A stretch of DNA of 62,830 nucleotides, filler included, from Asterionella formosa (lineage: Eukaryota), in assembly GCA_002256025.1 (NCBI GenBank). It is 4 parts of 4 records of this genome, joined end to end, with 100 filler letters (N's around TTAATTAATTAA, not from the genome) between each part and the next. Parts side by side here need not be neighbours in the genome. Positions count along the whole stretch, not along the records: positions 1 to 15,657 come from NKIB01005332.1; positions 15,758 to 31,391 come from NKIB01005342.1; 2 more parts are not named here. One strand, given 5' to 3'. Below the pieces are notes generated by a model, which searched no databases, was not told where the DNA came from, and worked only from the letters and a program-made list of their open reading frames with translations. Both the position numbers and the translations under genes were made by a program. Shown here piece by piece: positions 9,840 through 20,484 of the stretch (position 1 is the stretch's first letter; each line of letters starts with the position of its first letter).

Positions 9840-10720
9840 CCAAATGCATGTGAAGAACATTATTTCTTTCCTCCCATATTGCATAAACTAGTGACCATAC
9901 CTGGGAGATGCTTGCCTGAGTCAATTGGTGCGCCATCATGACTGTAGCTTTCTCCTATTCCTCTAGAATTGCTGAACCCCATCTGTTTGAGAGATGCCCC
10001 TTCAAAGTTATCATTTTACCAATTTGTCATGGCTGTTTGATAGTTGCTCTTTCTTGTTCTTTTTTCCTAGTTTTTGTACCTAGAACATAATATTCTGGGA
10101 ACTCATCCATCAGTGTATGCAGTAGAGGTGTCATGCAGTGGACAAAAATAGGTTTGATATTTGTGCTGTATTTCAATTCCTTAGTTGAGATGCAAAAAAT
10201 GTCATCCTCACCTGCTCCCTGTTTCACTTGATTTTCAGGACTTTGCATTCAAGGAGATGTTCTGTGGTCTCATTCTTGCTTCAGTGGGGACAATCATAGC
10301 TAAATCTCTTTACTACTTGGTAGTTAAAAAGCATGTCTAGAACCGGTTGGAAGCCAACCATGTACAAATTTTGACAGCATGAACTGTTCTGATCCCCTTA
10401 TTCTTGGTGAAGGCCTGGGAAAAGGTGACCCAATAAATCACCTTAGCTATATGGAAATGTGACATTATGTTTGTTTGTGAAGAATACCGCATATTATTTT
10501 TTCTGTGTAGATGCCTTAATCCAATGAGATTTGGAGCTAAAGATGCGAGTCTCCTTAACTTGCTTCCATGGTAGGGAAGTGAAAAGAGTTGGAGAGTTGA
10601 TGACTGGGATGTCCCTTTGGATGGTTAAGCAAGTACTGGTCGACCAGATTATCAGCTCTGATATTCAATGCTGTACCTTTACTCAGTTTATTATGCTTTT
10701 GACTGTCTTGGTGGGATTAA
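9840..10720 (-). mobile_element. Decayed non-LTR retrotransposon (LINE) 3' region: RNase H end plus CCHC zinc knuckle
   Basis: Colinear minus-strand fragments in the expected order: SHQD (10716-10705), ALNIRADNL (10671-10645), KFVHGWLPTG (~10370-10341), CPH*SKNETTEHLLEC (~10293-10246), QIG..KGHLSNRW (~10025-9980), WSLVYAIWEERNNVLH (~9898-9850); many stops and frameshifts; CpG-depleted. True boundaries are probably wider (~9450-10990). Confidence 0.8.
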
Positions 10721-11397
10721 ATCCATCCTTAGTGCTAATAGCAAGTGTCTGAAGGAGAACCTAGAAATGTGACACAATATTCGCATTTTTTGGCGCCGTC
10801 CCATGACTGCAATGCCTGAGATACTTGATGAATCCTTCCAATGGAGGCTGCTATCATTCTGTAGATCGAAAATGTCCAAAGTTACCAAGGACTACCTCGC
10901 ACAGTTGGCAATAAGGAAGGAGTCACCGGCAATTTTCCTGATTGATATTTGTATTTGAAGCATGATGCTTGCGAGGTCACATTGGGTGATTGTTTTTCGA
11001 GTTTGTACAAATCGGTGCCTTACATTGGCGACCATTGAATAATATATATATATAAACCTTCAGACTATGGTCTAGCCAAATAATCTAACCATACGTTCGA
11101 TGTGTATACAAGTAACCAGAGGATAATGGGCTTGTATTCAGATTGACCTGGTTAAGAAATCGAAAGGTAATGCCTCAGGGAATGACAACATAAGATATCA
11201 AGATACTGCTATCGACTCACAGACTGGAGCATTATATGTTTCCAAGGGATGCAACGTCACTCATGATTGATTCTGAAGTGCATAGCGCTTGGGTGGTTCA
11301 TCTGCATGGAACCCAATGCAACATCTGTTGATGCCATCCAAGAATAGGTAGGATGGAATGTCAAGCATCCTACAAGAAGCATGTTCCACAGGAGTGT

Positions 11398-12132
11398 TCA
11401 TTTCGCCGTAAAACCACCATCCACCATTAGTACTTGACCAGTAACATAGTTGGATGCCTCACTGCACAAAAATAGCAGCGGTCCGTCCAAATCTTCGAGG
11501 ATGCCATTGCGACCAACACACGTCTGCGCAGCATTTCGAGCCGCACGATCAACATCACCAAAAACCACACTGGTCAATTCCGTTGGGAAAAATCCAGGTC
11601 CAATGGCGTTGGTCATAATTCCATCTTTACTCCATGCTTCTGCCATGGCTCGGGTCATGTGAGCCACTCCAGCCTTGCTAGTTCCATATGCTAACCCTCC
11701 GGGAAAGGCACGCGTCGACTGCAATGACGCGAAATTAACAATCCGCCCCCACTTTCGTTCTTTCATGGCCGGTACTAACAATTGAGCCAAAAAGAACGGA
11801 GCCGCTAGATTGATGTTCATGGTAGTATCCCATCCATCTTGAGTAATGTCACTTGCCATTTGTCGAGTGTTTATTCCAGCTGCATTGACCAAAATATCAG
11901 GATCCATGAGCTGCTGCGCTAGCAATGCAATGGTGTCGCGATTGCTAAGATCCCATCGTACCTGATCATGGCCCACATCCTTCCATTCGTCCAACGGCCT
12001 TCGGGCAACGCCAATAACATGTGCTCCTGCTGCGGCCAACACGGTGGCAGCTCTTCTTCCCAATCCAGAACTGGCACCTGTCACAACAGCAATGCGCCCT
12101 GTCAAGTCGAAGAGCTCTTTTGGATGTCTCAT
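11398..12132 (-). CDS. Short-chain dehydrogenase/reductase, gluconate 5-dehydrogenase/KduD-like
   Basis: LFDLTGRIAVVTGASSGLG (TGxxxGxG), DILVNAAG, YGTSK (YxxxK), NAIGPGFFPTELT, YVTGQVLMVDGG; intronless. Confidence 0.92.
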   Translation of the reverse strand: MRHPKELFDLTGRIAVVTGASSGLGRRAATVLAAAGAHVIGVARRPLDEWKDVGHDQVRWDLSNRDTIALLAQQLMDPDILVNAAGINTRQMASDITQDGWDTTMNINLAAPFFLAQLLVPAMKERKWGRIVNFASLQSTRAFPGGLAYGTSKAGVAHMTRAMAEAWSKDGIMTNAIGPGFFPTELTSVVFGDVDRAARNAAQTCVGRNGILEDLDGPLLFLCSEASNYVTGQVLMVDGGFTAK

Positions 12133-12269
12133 TATTTGAGAACAGAATTGAAATAAAAGTATTTACTAGCCAGCTTCAATTAAATCTGGCTGATGGTTAC
12201 GGTACTTTGTTGTGGTTGGTTTCTATACTATGAAGAACAGTGTATAGTGGTACGAGGAGTATACTACCC

Positions 12270-12323
12270 CCTGGTACCTGGTACCGTATTCGCTACCGGT
12301 ATGTATATACCGGTATACCGGTA
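12270..12323. repeat. Palindromic TACCGGTA/GGTACC array in the 5' flank of the SDR gene
   Basis: ctggtacctggtaccgta...taccggtatgtatataccggtataccggta; further units at ~12505 and ~12634. Confidence 0.8.
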
Positions 12324-13267
12324 GTAAGGCAGCAATTGATGAATAACGCATGGTGAAACAATGAAAGACAGATCCATGCACTGCACAACTTCAGTATGAG
12401 GTCTGGATTTTGTCGCTAACCCTAGCCCTAACAGGCACTTTTCTTGTTCTTTGCTAAAATCATCGATCATGATTGCCTGGCGACCAATTCGAACCAGCTG
12501 TTCTGGGTACCTGGTGCCAGTATTCTGCGCTGGCATGAAAAAATACATGTGAAAAATTCGACAACTGTATTGATAAGAATTCTGGACCAAGTGACGCACT
12601 TATTTTTACACGTTCAACTTCAATGGGCTCTCGTGGTACCAGGTATTTTGTCAAAAATGCGGTGATGATGCCCTTGTTACATCATGGACAGTTTTCGAGC
12701 CTCAAAGGACCGACCAGAACTTTAGCCTTTTCTTTGGTACTGTACTGACGAGAGATTTAGCATTTGTCGACCGTACAAGTATAACCGGGTTGTAATTTCT
12801 AATCGTCTGGGACAAATTGTCGTACTGCTCCATACTTTTGTCCCGCCTCTACCAAAAACAAGCGTGAGGACAATTGAAGTCAACATGCATCATGTGAATT
12901 TCCATGACTGAGTTCGATGACCCCGTTACGAATCAAAACAACTGTCGAACATTTTATCATACATACACACAAACACAGGTAGATAGAGGCATTCAATTTC
13001 ACAATTAAGTCGTGGTATCAAGACAAATTATACTTTCAAACGGAAGTTCATCAATGGGGACGTCATGTCATTGATCAGGCATTGTAATGTAGGCACTACG
13101 TAAATAGCAACCAGATGGCCCTCTATGAAAATCCAACGACAAAACCACATGACCAAATCCTTTTTAAATAAAAGAATATATATGGGAAATAATTCAAATG
13201 TCTAAAATACGGACAAATAATGGTCAATTGAAGTTTGATATAGAATGTCGGTAATTCCAGTCATTAA

Positions 13268-13810
13268 ATGAAAGTTCCGGTATCAGTCAATTTCACCTTC
13301 TTCGCGTTTTCATATATTTGCCCACAACGTAACAACCATTCGCCTTCTGCTTTTTGCAAAACCATTAAGATGAGACGATCAACAACTAACTTTGCAAGCA
13401 AGTCTATGTCATTCTGTAATGAAAGCTTTAGTGAAACGCGAACAAATTTTCGAGAACCAAGAAAGAACAACATTCTATGGAACGATCTAAGAATGGAGCT
13501 TACCTCATCACTGTGCCAGACGGAAAGCGAGGATGCCGTTATCGAAGCAAAGATAGCATCGCCGCCTCTGCTGTTGAAGCGATCATCGACGTCGGTAATC
13601 AAGAGGCGTCGAGTGGAAACATCTTGCGGAAAGCTTTCGAACCATGTTGGAATTCCGCAGCTTTATGTGCTCGAAGCCCCCAATAGCAACAGTTCAGAAG
13701 AACAGCATACAACGTTCAAGTTGCGAAAGGCACCATCCGATGAGCACATCTTGCATGCTCTGCACGCCGCAATAAAGCTCAGCATGGATGGTCAGGACCA
13801 GCGGCTGTGA
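13268..13810 (+). CDS. Hypothetical Ser-rich protein (start may be ATG 13370)
   Basis: 180-aa ORF with genic GC/CpG content between AT-rich flanks; no recognisable domain. Confidence 0.4.
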   Translation: MKVPVSVNFTFFAFSYICPQRNNHSPSAFCKTIKMRRSTTNFASKSMSFCNESFSETRTNFREPRKNNILWNDLRMELTSSLCQTESEDAVIEAKIASPPLLLKRSSTSVIKRRRVETSCGKLSNHVGIPQLYVLEAPNSNSSEEQHTTFKLRKAPSDEHILHALHAAIKLSMDGQDQRL

Positions 13811-15657
13811 CTGCAATCCTGCGTCAATTTTGCAAATCATGAGGAATGGGATGACCCTTCTGTATTCCATCAGGCAATTGAACATAAAATGTCAATGAAT
13901 AAGTGGCAGATATTCATACTTGACAATAAGAAGCACGTTAACTTCGCTCACAATGGGTCTTAACAGTATTAATAGAAAATAATTACTTTTATTACAAACA
14001 TTGTTTCAGATAATGCATCAGAATTCCCGATATTGACGTAGAATTATAAGGGATAGGGCCTNNNNNNNNNNNNNNNNNNNNNNNNNNNNNNNNNNNNNNN
14101 NNNNNNNNNNNNNNNNNNNNNNNNNNNNNNNNNNNNNNNNNNNNNNNNNNNNNNNNNNNNNNNNNNNNNNNNNNNNNNNNNNNNNNNNNNNNNNNNNNNN
14201 NNNNNNNNNNNNNNNNNNNNNNNNNNNNNNNNNNNNNNNNNNNNNNNNNNNNNNNNNNNNNNNNNNNNNNNNNNNNNNNNNNNNNNNNNNNNNNNNNNNN
14301 NNNNNNNNNNNNNNNNNNNNNNNNNNNNNNNNNNNNNNNNNNNNNNNNNNNNNNNNNNNNNNNNNNNNNNNNNNNNNNNNNNNNNNNNNNNNNNNNNNNN
14401 NNNNNNNNNNNNNNNNNNNNNNNNNNNNNNNNNNNNNNNNNNNNNNNNNNNNNNNNNNNNNNNNNNNNNNNNNNNNNNNNNNNNNNNNNNNNNNNNNNNN
14501 NNNNNNNNNNNNNNNNNNNNNNNNNNNNATGGATCTTAAAGCCATAAAATCAGGTGCTTAGGTGCTTCAATAACTTAGTCCTTGTCAGGCTTGTAACTAC
14601 TGGTGGTTGAAAGAGGGTGAGGTTTTAATACGAAAGTAAGCCATGTGTTCTTGCCATGGCAGAATCAAATAGAAAATCCACAATTTGCTTCTATTGACAA
14701 TTGAAAATATGGTTGATCGATGAGGACAAATCTTGTGTCCACTGCCACCTACTAAATTTGTCATGAATGTTGATGCTTCTTATTGCAGTTGTTTTAATGA
14801 AGCGACATGATTCATGTGTTTGTCCCGAGGCAAAGCTATGGGATCACTTGGGGATACTTCTTACCAGAGGAAAAAACAATGAAGAACTTACACCACCATC
14901 AAGGAACACACACGCTATATTCATAATGTAAAGAACAGTGGTGATGATTACAATTCAAATAGTACAAGTGTCACTAGGAGACGACTGGAGGCAAAGGTAC
15001 ACTTTATATCAGACAAAGAAAGATGGAATAGTGATTCCAATGAAGCAATAACCACATACAATGGAATGGGAACGACAGTAACAATTTTAACACAGCCAAG
15101 CACAAATTCAGCAAAAATAGCAGAGCAAGGGACCAAAGAATATATTTACAGCACCAACAAGCAGTTAATGGAAATCGACAGAAAATTCCGTGATCCTGAA
15201 TTTAAAGTAGATGAAACAGGCATGACAAAGCTGGCTCAAAGATGGCAACTGTTGGAGTGATGTCGTGCTTTGGCTCAGCTAAGCAAGGATAATACATCAG
15301 CCATATCACTCTTGTCCCATATTGTCAGTTCTTCCCCTGGTATCAGCTTCACTGGCTGGAATAGTCCCTGCAGATGCAATTGAAATGAAATCCGAAACAT
15401 ATTTCTGAAAGCTGCACCAAGTCTTGAATCTGGGTTCCGCATGCTATATCAGCCTTGACAAGAATATATTGGGAGTAGAAATGATGATTTGGACTCTAAA
15501 ACACAGTAACAAAATGTTGTCAGTTCGCATACTAGTAGTAAAAAGAAAACTACAGTAGCAAAGTTGACTCCCCACAGCGGTTTCACTTTCACAAGACCAA
15601 TATTGGGATCAAATGGGTATAGACAGTAATTACCCAAAGACATATGATTCTCTGTCC

Positions 15658-15757
15658 NNNNNNNNNNNNNNNNNNNNNNNNNNNNNNNNNNNNNNNNNNN
15701 NTTAATTAATTAANNNNNNNNNNNNNNNNNNNNNNNNNNNNNNNNNNNNNNNNNNNN
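15658..15757. other. Artificial scaffold-concatenation spacer
   Basis: 44 N + TTAATTAATTAA (15702-15713, stops in all six frames) + 44 N = 100 nt. Confidence 0.97.
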
Positions 15758-15783
15758 GAATTACATTATAATTGTATTCTGCG

Positions 15784-16950
15784 ATGGTCACGTCCCGAGC
15801 CATTCCATCTGCAGTTGCTGTATCGCGAGGCCCGATACTGCTAGCAGTTGCCATTGGTTCTCTATTGCTGCCTTATGCTTTTGTATTATCAACGAAAACT
15901 TTGGTTTATATCTTTGTTTTAGGGCTTGGGCTTTTCTTTACTGTTCGCGATGCATCGTGCCTTATCGAACGCTGCGTTCGGCAACAACTGGCCCAAGCTC
16001 TAAACGCACTTGTCGTGGATGATGTTATGCGCTCTATCTTCGATCCGGAAATTGGATGGTTTACTGGTTTTGTGTCCACTTTATTGGGAAACGCCACAAT
16101 TTACACCCTACCCATGACAACTGAACATCGCGTTCGCTTGATCCAATCCTGCCTATGGACTAGCGAAGAGCAGACTCGCAGATTCTTAACGGCACCTGGA
16201 GGCGTCAAAGAAGTGCTTCCCGATTCCTTTAGAAAATGGCTGGACGGAAAGGAAACGGAGCGTCCTGCTCCGATCGAATCTGTATCGTTCCACGAGGCTA
16301 GTGAGAGCGAAGCCAGCCAAACCAGCAATGATGAAACTGATGATCATGACGTTTTGGAGCGGGAAGATACCTCAGACATTTTAAAAGCGAATGAAGGCTC
16401 TTCTCCGCGAGGTTTTGAAGCCTTTTTGGAACCGAAGGTCCAAAACAGAAAACCTCGAGTATTACTTGGTCAGTCGACACAATTGCCTCGCTCTCCAACC
16501 TTTGAATCCCCTATAGATGCCATGGGAGGCATATTGCAGGAAATAACGCTTGACACGATAAAGATGATTTTCCGGAATGTACCAGATACTTCTCTGCAAG
16601 CTGTTGGAATTGCTGCTACTGCCTGCTGTGCGTGGCGTGTTCGATCAAGTCCTAGGGCTCGAAGAATCGTAGCCGGTGCCGCTGAAGCAACATTTGCTGC
16701 GACAATGGCTAGTGCAGCTATTGGGGCCATCGGAACGCTACTGCTTAAGCATTACCTTCATTCAAAGGAATTGAGAACATGCATACCTGGGCGAACCTCA
16801 ATATTCACTGGGTTGAATGAACCAGGATTTCTCGCTACACTTCAGGCCCGAATGGGAAAGAATATTTCAAGGCACTGGAAAGGTACTATTGCAATCATTG
16901 TTTTGTTCCTAGTTGGGCGAATGAGAAAGTCTCATCCTCACATCAGATGA
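15784..16950 (+). CDS. Hypothetical multi-pass membrane protein
   Basis: 388-aa ORF from ATG 15784; several hydrophobic segments near both ends and an acidic/Ser-rich middle; lies at the scaffold edge so the 5' end is uncertain. Confidence 0.7.
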   Translation: MVTSRAIPSAVAVSRGPILLAVAIGSLLLPYAFVLSTKTLVYIFVLGLGLFFTVRDASCLIERCVRQQLAQALNALVVDDVMRSIFDPEIGWFTGFVSTLLGNATIYTLPMTTEHRVRLIQSCLWTSEEQTRRFLTAPGGVKEVLPDSFRKWLDGKETERPAPIESVSFHEASESEASQTSNDETDDHDVLEREDTSDILKANEGSSPRGFEAFLEPKVQNRKPRVLLGQSTQLPRSPTFESPIDAMGGILQEITLDTIKMIFRNVPDTSLQAVGIAATACCAWRVRSSPRARRIVAGAAEATFAATMASAAIGAIGTLLLKHYLHSKELRTCIPGRTSIFTGLNEPGFLATLQARMGKNISRHWKGTIAIIVLFLVGRMRKSHPHIR

Positions 16951-17171
16951 CACTCGTATGTACTATTTGAGTCTGGACAGACTAATTCATGAAAACTTTT
17001 TGCTATTTTATCTAGTGAAATATTTTATTGTAATACAGATGTTGATTTCTAATTTGCCATGATGCCAAAATTCAATGATACATATAAGCAGATGTACTTG
17101 ACGAGGGATGAATCCATGCAAGCCCCTCTCCCGTTCTCGGAAAGAAGAGACCCTCATGTGTTGAAACAGTC

Positions 17172-19475
17172 TCAGGGAATGTTTTGGTACAAAGTGCCCT
17201 GCATATAGCTGGATGTTGAAGGCTCAAACATAGCATTGTGAAGGTAGGGAGTTCTTGATCGATAAGAGGTCTCGATAGCATTTTCACTTGGATCGATTGT
17301 GTCCTGTAAATTGCTCACTTGCTCATCTTCTTCAAACGAGTAGGTCAATTCTGGACAAAACGTATGGGTGCACACATCAATCTCGTCTTCAGAAGCAATA
17401 GGAGCACTAAGAAGGTCAAAGATTTGAGGCTTGCGATCCAACACTGCGATGGCTTGTTGGTTTGCGGCATCACAAGCCTTTTCAACAGGAGTGGAACTTG
17501 TGAATCGACAAAGTCCATATCCTTCATAATTTCTGCATATTGCGACAGAAGAAATTTCCCCAAAGGGACTCATGGCCTCAAGGAGGTCTTTGGTAGTTGT
17601 GAGACTATCCAAGCCAACAATCACAACAGTGTCACGAGTCAGCTCACGAGAAACATCAAGCCTCAAAACAGATGCGACCCGAAGCATAATCTCCGATGCC
17701 GCATGGGGAGAGAGACGATCATGTCTCACATGGGTAACAATTGCTTCAACGTGCTTCTGCATAAGTTCAAGCTTGCAGTCATGGATATCATATTTCGAAA
17801 CATAGCGCGAACTCCACTTCAGCCATTCAAATGTTTCCGCTAAGATGCCGATTTCAAGTTCCGCAGGTTCACTGACATTGTCAATAGAGAACGAATCATG
17901 GCTCGTATCTGAATCGTGATCTTCAGAAAAAGCGTTGACTATAGCTTTTGACATCATTCCCTCGGTTTCTGGGATTGATGCGGCCACCTCATCTCTCAGC
18001 AAATCAAGCCTTGAAGAATATAAGTCCGATCGTAGTTCGTCTTCCATACCACCTAGATCAAATTTATATTTTTTGCATTGCTTTTTCTCGTGCTTCAGAG
18101 ATTTCTGTTTGCCTTCCATGTCATCCAAATCAAATTTATATGTTTTCCCTTGTTGGATCGACATTGCTGCGACCTCTGTGCCATGCTGTTGCACAGAAGC
18201 AAAAGAATCGTGCGCCTCACCAGAGAAACTGTCCCCACTCAATGTATCACTTCGTTCAGGTAATAAGAGTGACGTGGCTAAGGTTGGTGCTGTCAAGTCA
18301 ACATCACTTAATGACTTGACACGGCGGTTATCGTCGCATTCGGGCCCGGGATCCCGTTGTTCCGCACAGAGCCCATTCAGCGATGGAAGCTTGAAAAAGC
18401 TGACGCCATCAATTAACAAATCATACTGGGGCTTGTTCTCAGGTGGCGAAATTCTTGCGATTATTTCAAAGTTCTCTCCTGTGCTCGAGTGCCACGTGAA
18501 CTCCACCAAACTAGGAGGAGCCCTGGATGTTCCCCTGGGAATTGGGAACAAATGTGTAATATCCTGTCCATTCCAGAAGAGCACGGTCTTGCCGCTTTTG
18601 ATTGACCATACCAGTTCAATCTATAAATGAAGAAGCAAAACGCGTCAGTGATCGGACTGTCTGTATGAATATTCTGCTTTCGCGTGTACAGAGAGAGCGG
18701 TTTGTACTTACCTCGTGGTCTTGTTCCCTGTCGGTCCCATTCGAAGAATCAACAAGAAAACCAAACTGCCTGTTTCATGTTTGGAAATGATTTTGTATTG
18801 GTTAAGAATTCGAGAGTATGTTGAACAAACAAACAATGGCCAGGCGGCAAACTTGAGGGCAAAAAGCGACAACAAAGTTTGAACAATTGTTATCACATAA
18901 AGTCCTATTTGTGGGGGGGGGGACAGTAATGCAGATATGGACCACCGGTAACCAAATTTTTGTCCGATCACGATCAGTCACGCTCTGAAGCACAATATTC
19001 AGCGCGACGACACAACGATTTGTAGAACAAAACACAAGAAAATTCGAGCGATACTTAACGCTTCAACGTATGAGGCGTTAAAAGCCATGTAAGTAAAATT
19101 GAATTCACATTAACAGATCTGAAATATTACATAGATTCCACAAGGCGTGCCAGCGTCACGCCCATGAAGAACTAGGTAAGTGACATTTCGTTTTGTCCAT
19201 CATCAACGCCTGACGGAGTTGGAGATTTTGGTCGACGATGGTCATGACAAGATCGTTATCGATAATGCTCTAAACAACATGACGATTCTTCACGAGCAAT
19301 GAGTATTTCTCTGAACAGTGACTTACCATGTAAGCTTTCGCTTTGTGCTGGATATGTACCTCCCAGTATGGCGACAAGTAAACTTCACCTGGTAAGGACT
19401 CGGTCGCTTTTCCGCCTTCCCTGGCGTTCTACTTCGTTTCTTTTGAGCTGTCGAGGTGCTTGGCATCAGAGACAT
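17172..19475 (-). CDS. Protein with N-terminal FAIM1-like beta domain and C-terminal RRM; exons 19475-19327, 18769-18712, 18620-17172
   Basis: Two phase-compatible GTAAGT...AG introns give SSTKRKLTWQFGF...HEIELVWSIKSGKTVLFWNG...FTW...QYDLLIDGVSFFKLP; RRM-like TVVIVGL...DLLEAMSPFGEISSVAI...GYGLCRF. Confidence 0.75.
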
Positions 19476-19635
19476 GTCATGGGCGGGTACTAAATGTGCT
19501 CGAATCGTCATCTCCACCTCAAGGGTTGATCGGTGGAGTGATCGCTGATCTATGCACGATCTGAGATTGTTAATCAAAATTGTGTTACACCCTTTTGTGC
19601 CGGTCCTCGATGTTCCTTTGCATGTCTGGCTGTAT

Positions 19636-20442
19636 GTATACTGGTAAGGAGTACCCTGGTACTGGTACCAGGTACTGTACGACTAACTGTGTGATACTAA
19701 GAGTAAAAAATCCGGTACAACTACCGGTAATACAATGTTAAGTCTACATGAGCCCACCGTCGTGGCACAAACGTAGGCGGAGTCTTCACAGGATGGAGCG
19801 TACCAGTACGGCAAGACGCAGTCAACTCCATACATACAAACTACCTGGTACCGGTATACTAACGATACCGTATGTAGGCAGTTAACGTATGTATGATTGT
19901 ACCAGGGACTACTCCGACGTATAACTTGTTTTGGATATAAGCGACGACCGAACAAGGAAAATTTATGTTCCGTTGTGCACTTTTTGTTTGCTTAAGTATT
20001 TAAGCAATACAGTACTCCTTGTCGTTCTGTATACCGGTATGCTAATTGTATTTACCAGGTAGTAAAGTACACTGTACAGTAGGCAGTGGTTTCTCCAAAA
20101 ATTCAGTGAATTTGGAGTTATGTTGCGTCTAGATGGCATACTTACTCGTTCGGGTACCAGTACTTGTGCATATCAGCAAGTTGCGGTAAACGAAAAATTT
20201 AGCCTTTTCTTTTCTTCTCCCTTCTAATAGTAAGAACCGTCTTCTACCGCACGTTGCGTCCAAGGATGTTGTCGCGACAGCAGGTACGCACAGAGAGGTG
20301 GTACTCCCAGTAGGTAATTGGTGGAGAGGAGGATACGTACGCTATCGGTATTCAACAAAACTACGAGGGTACCTGGTGCCGTTCGTAACACATCAAATGC
20401 TGCCTTTTGAATATAAATATGTACCGGTACTCATACCAGTAC
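19636..20442. repeat. Dispersed TACCGGTA/TACCWGGTA/TACCAGTA palindromes in a divergent promoter region
   Basis: e.g. gtaccctggtactggtaccaggtactgtac (19651-19680), tacctggtaccggtatac (19842-19859), ataccggtat (20031), gtaccggtac (20421). Confidence 0.8.
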
Positions 20443-20484
20443 AGCAGTATATCTGTAGATGAAGTGTTGTGCAATGGCAACACG

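Noticed and set aside
14530..15657. Broken plus-strand coding-like fragments (similarly 37520-38400, 51480-52200, 61205-61560)
   Set aside because: Probably TE or pseudogene debris, but no diagnostic motif I can support.
15702..15713. TTAATTAATTAA palindromes as biological sites
   Set aside because: Identical synthetic six-frame-stop linkers embedded in 44-N pads.
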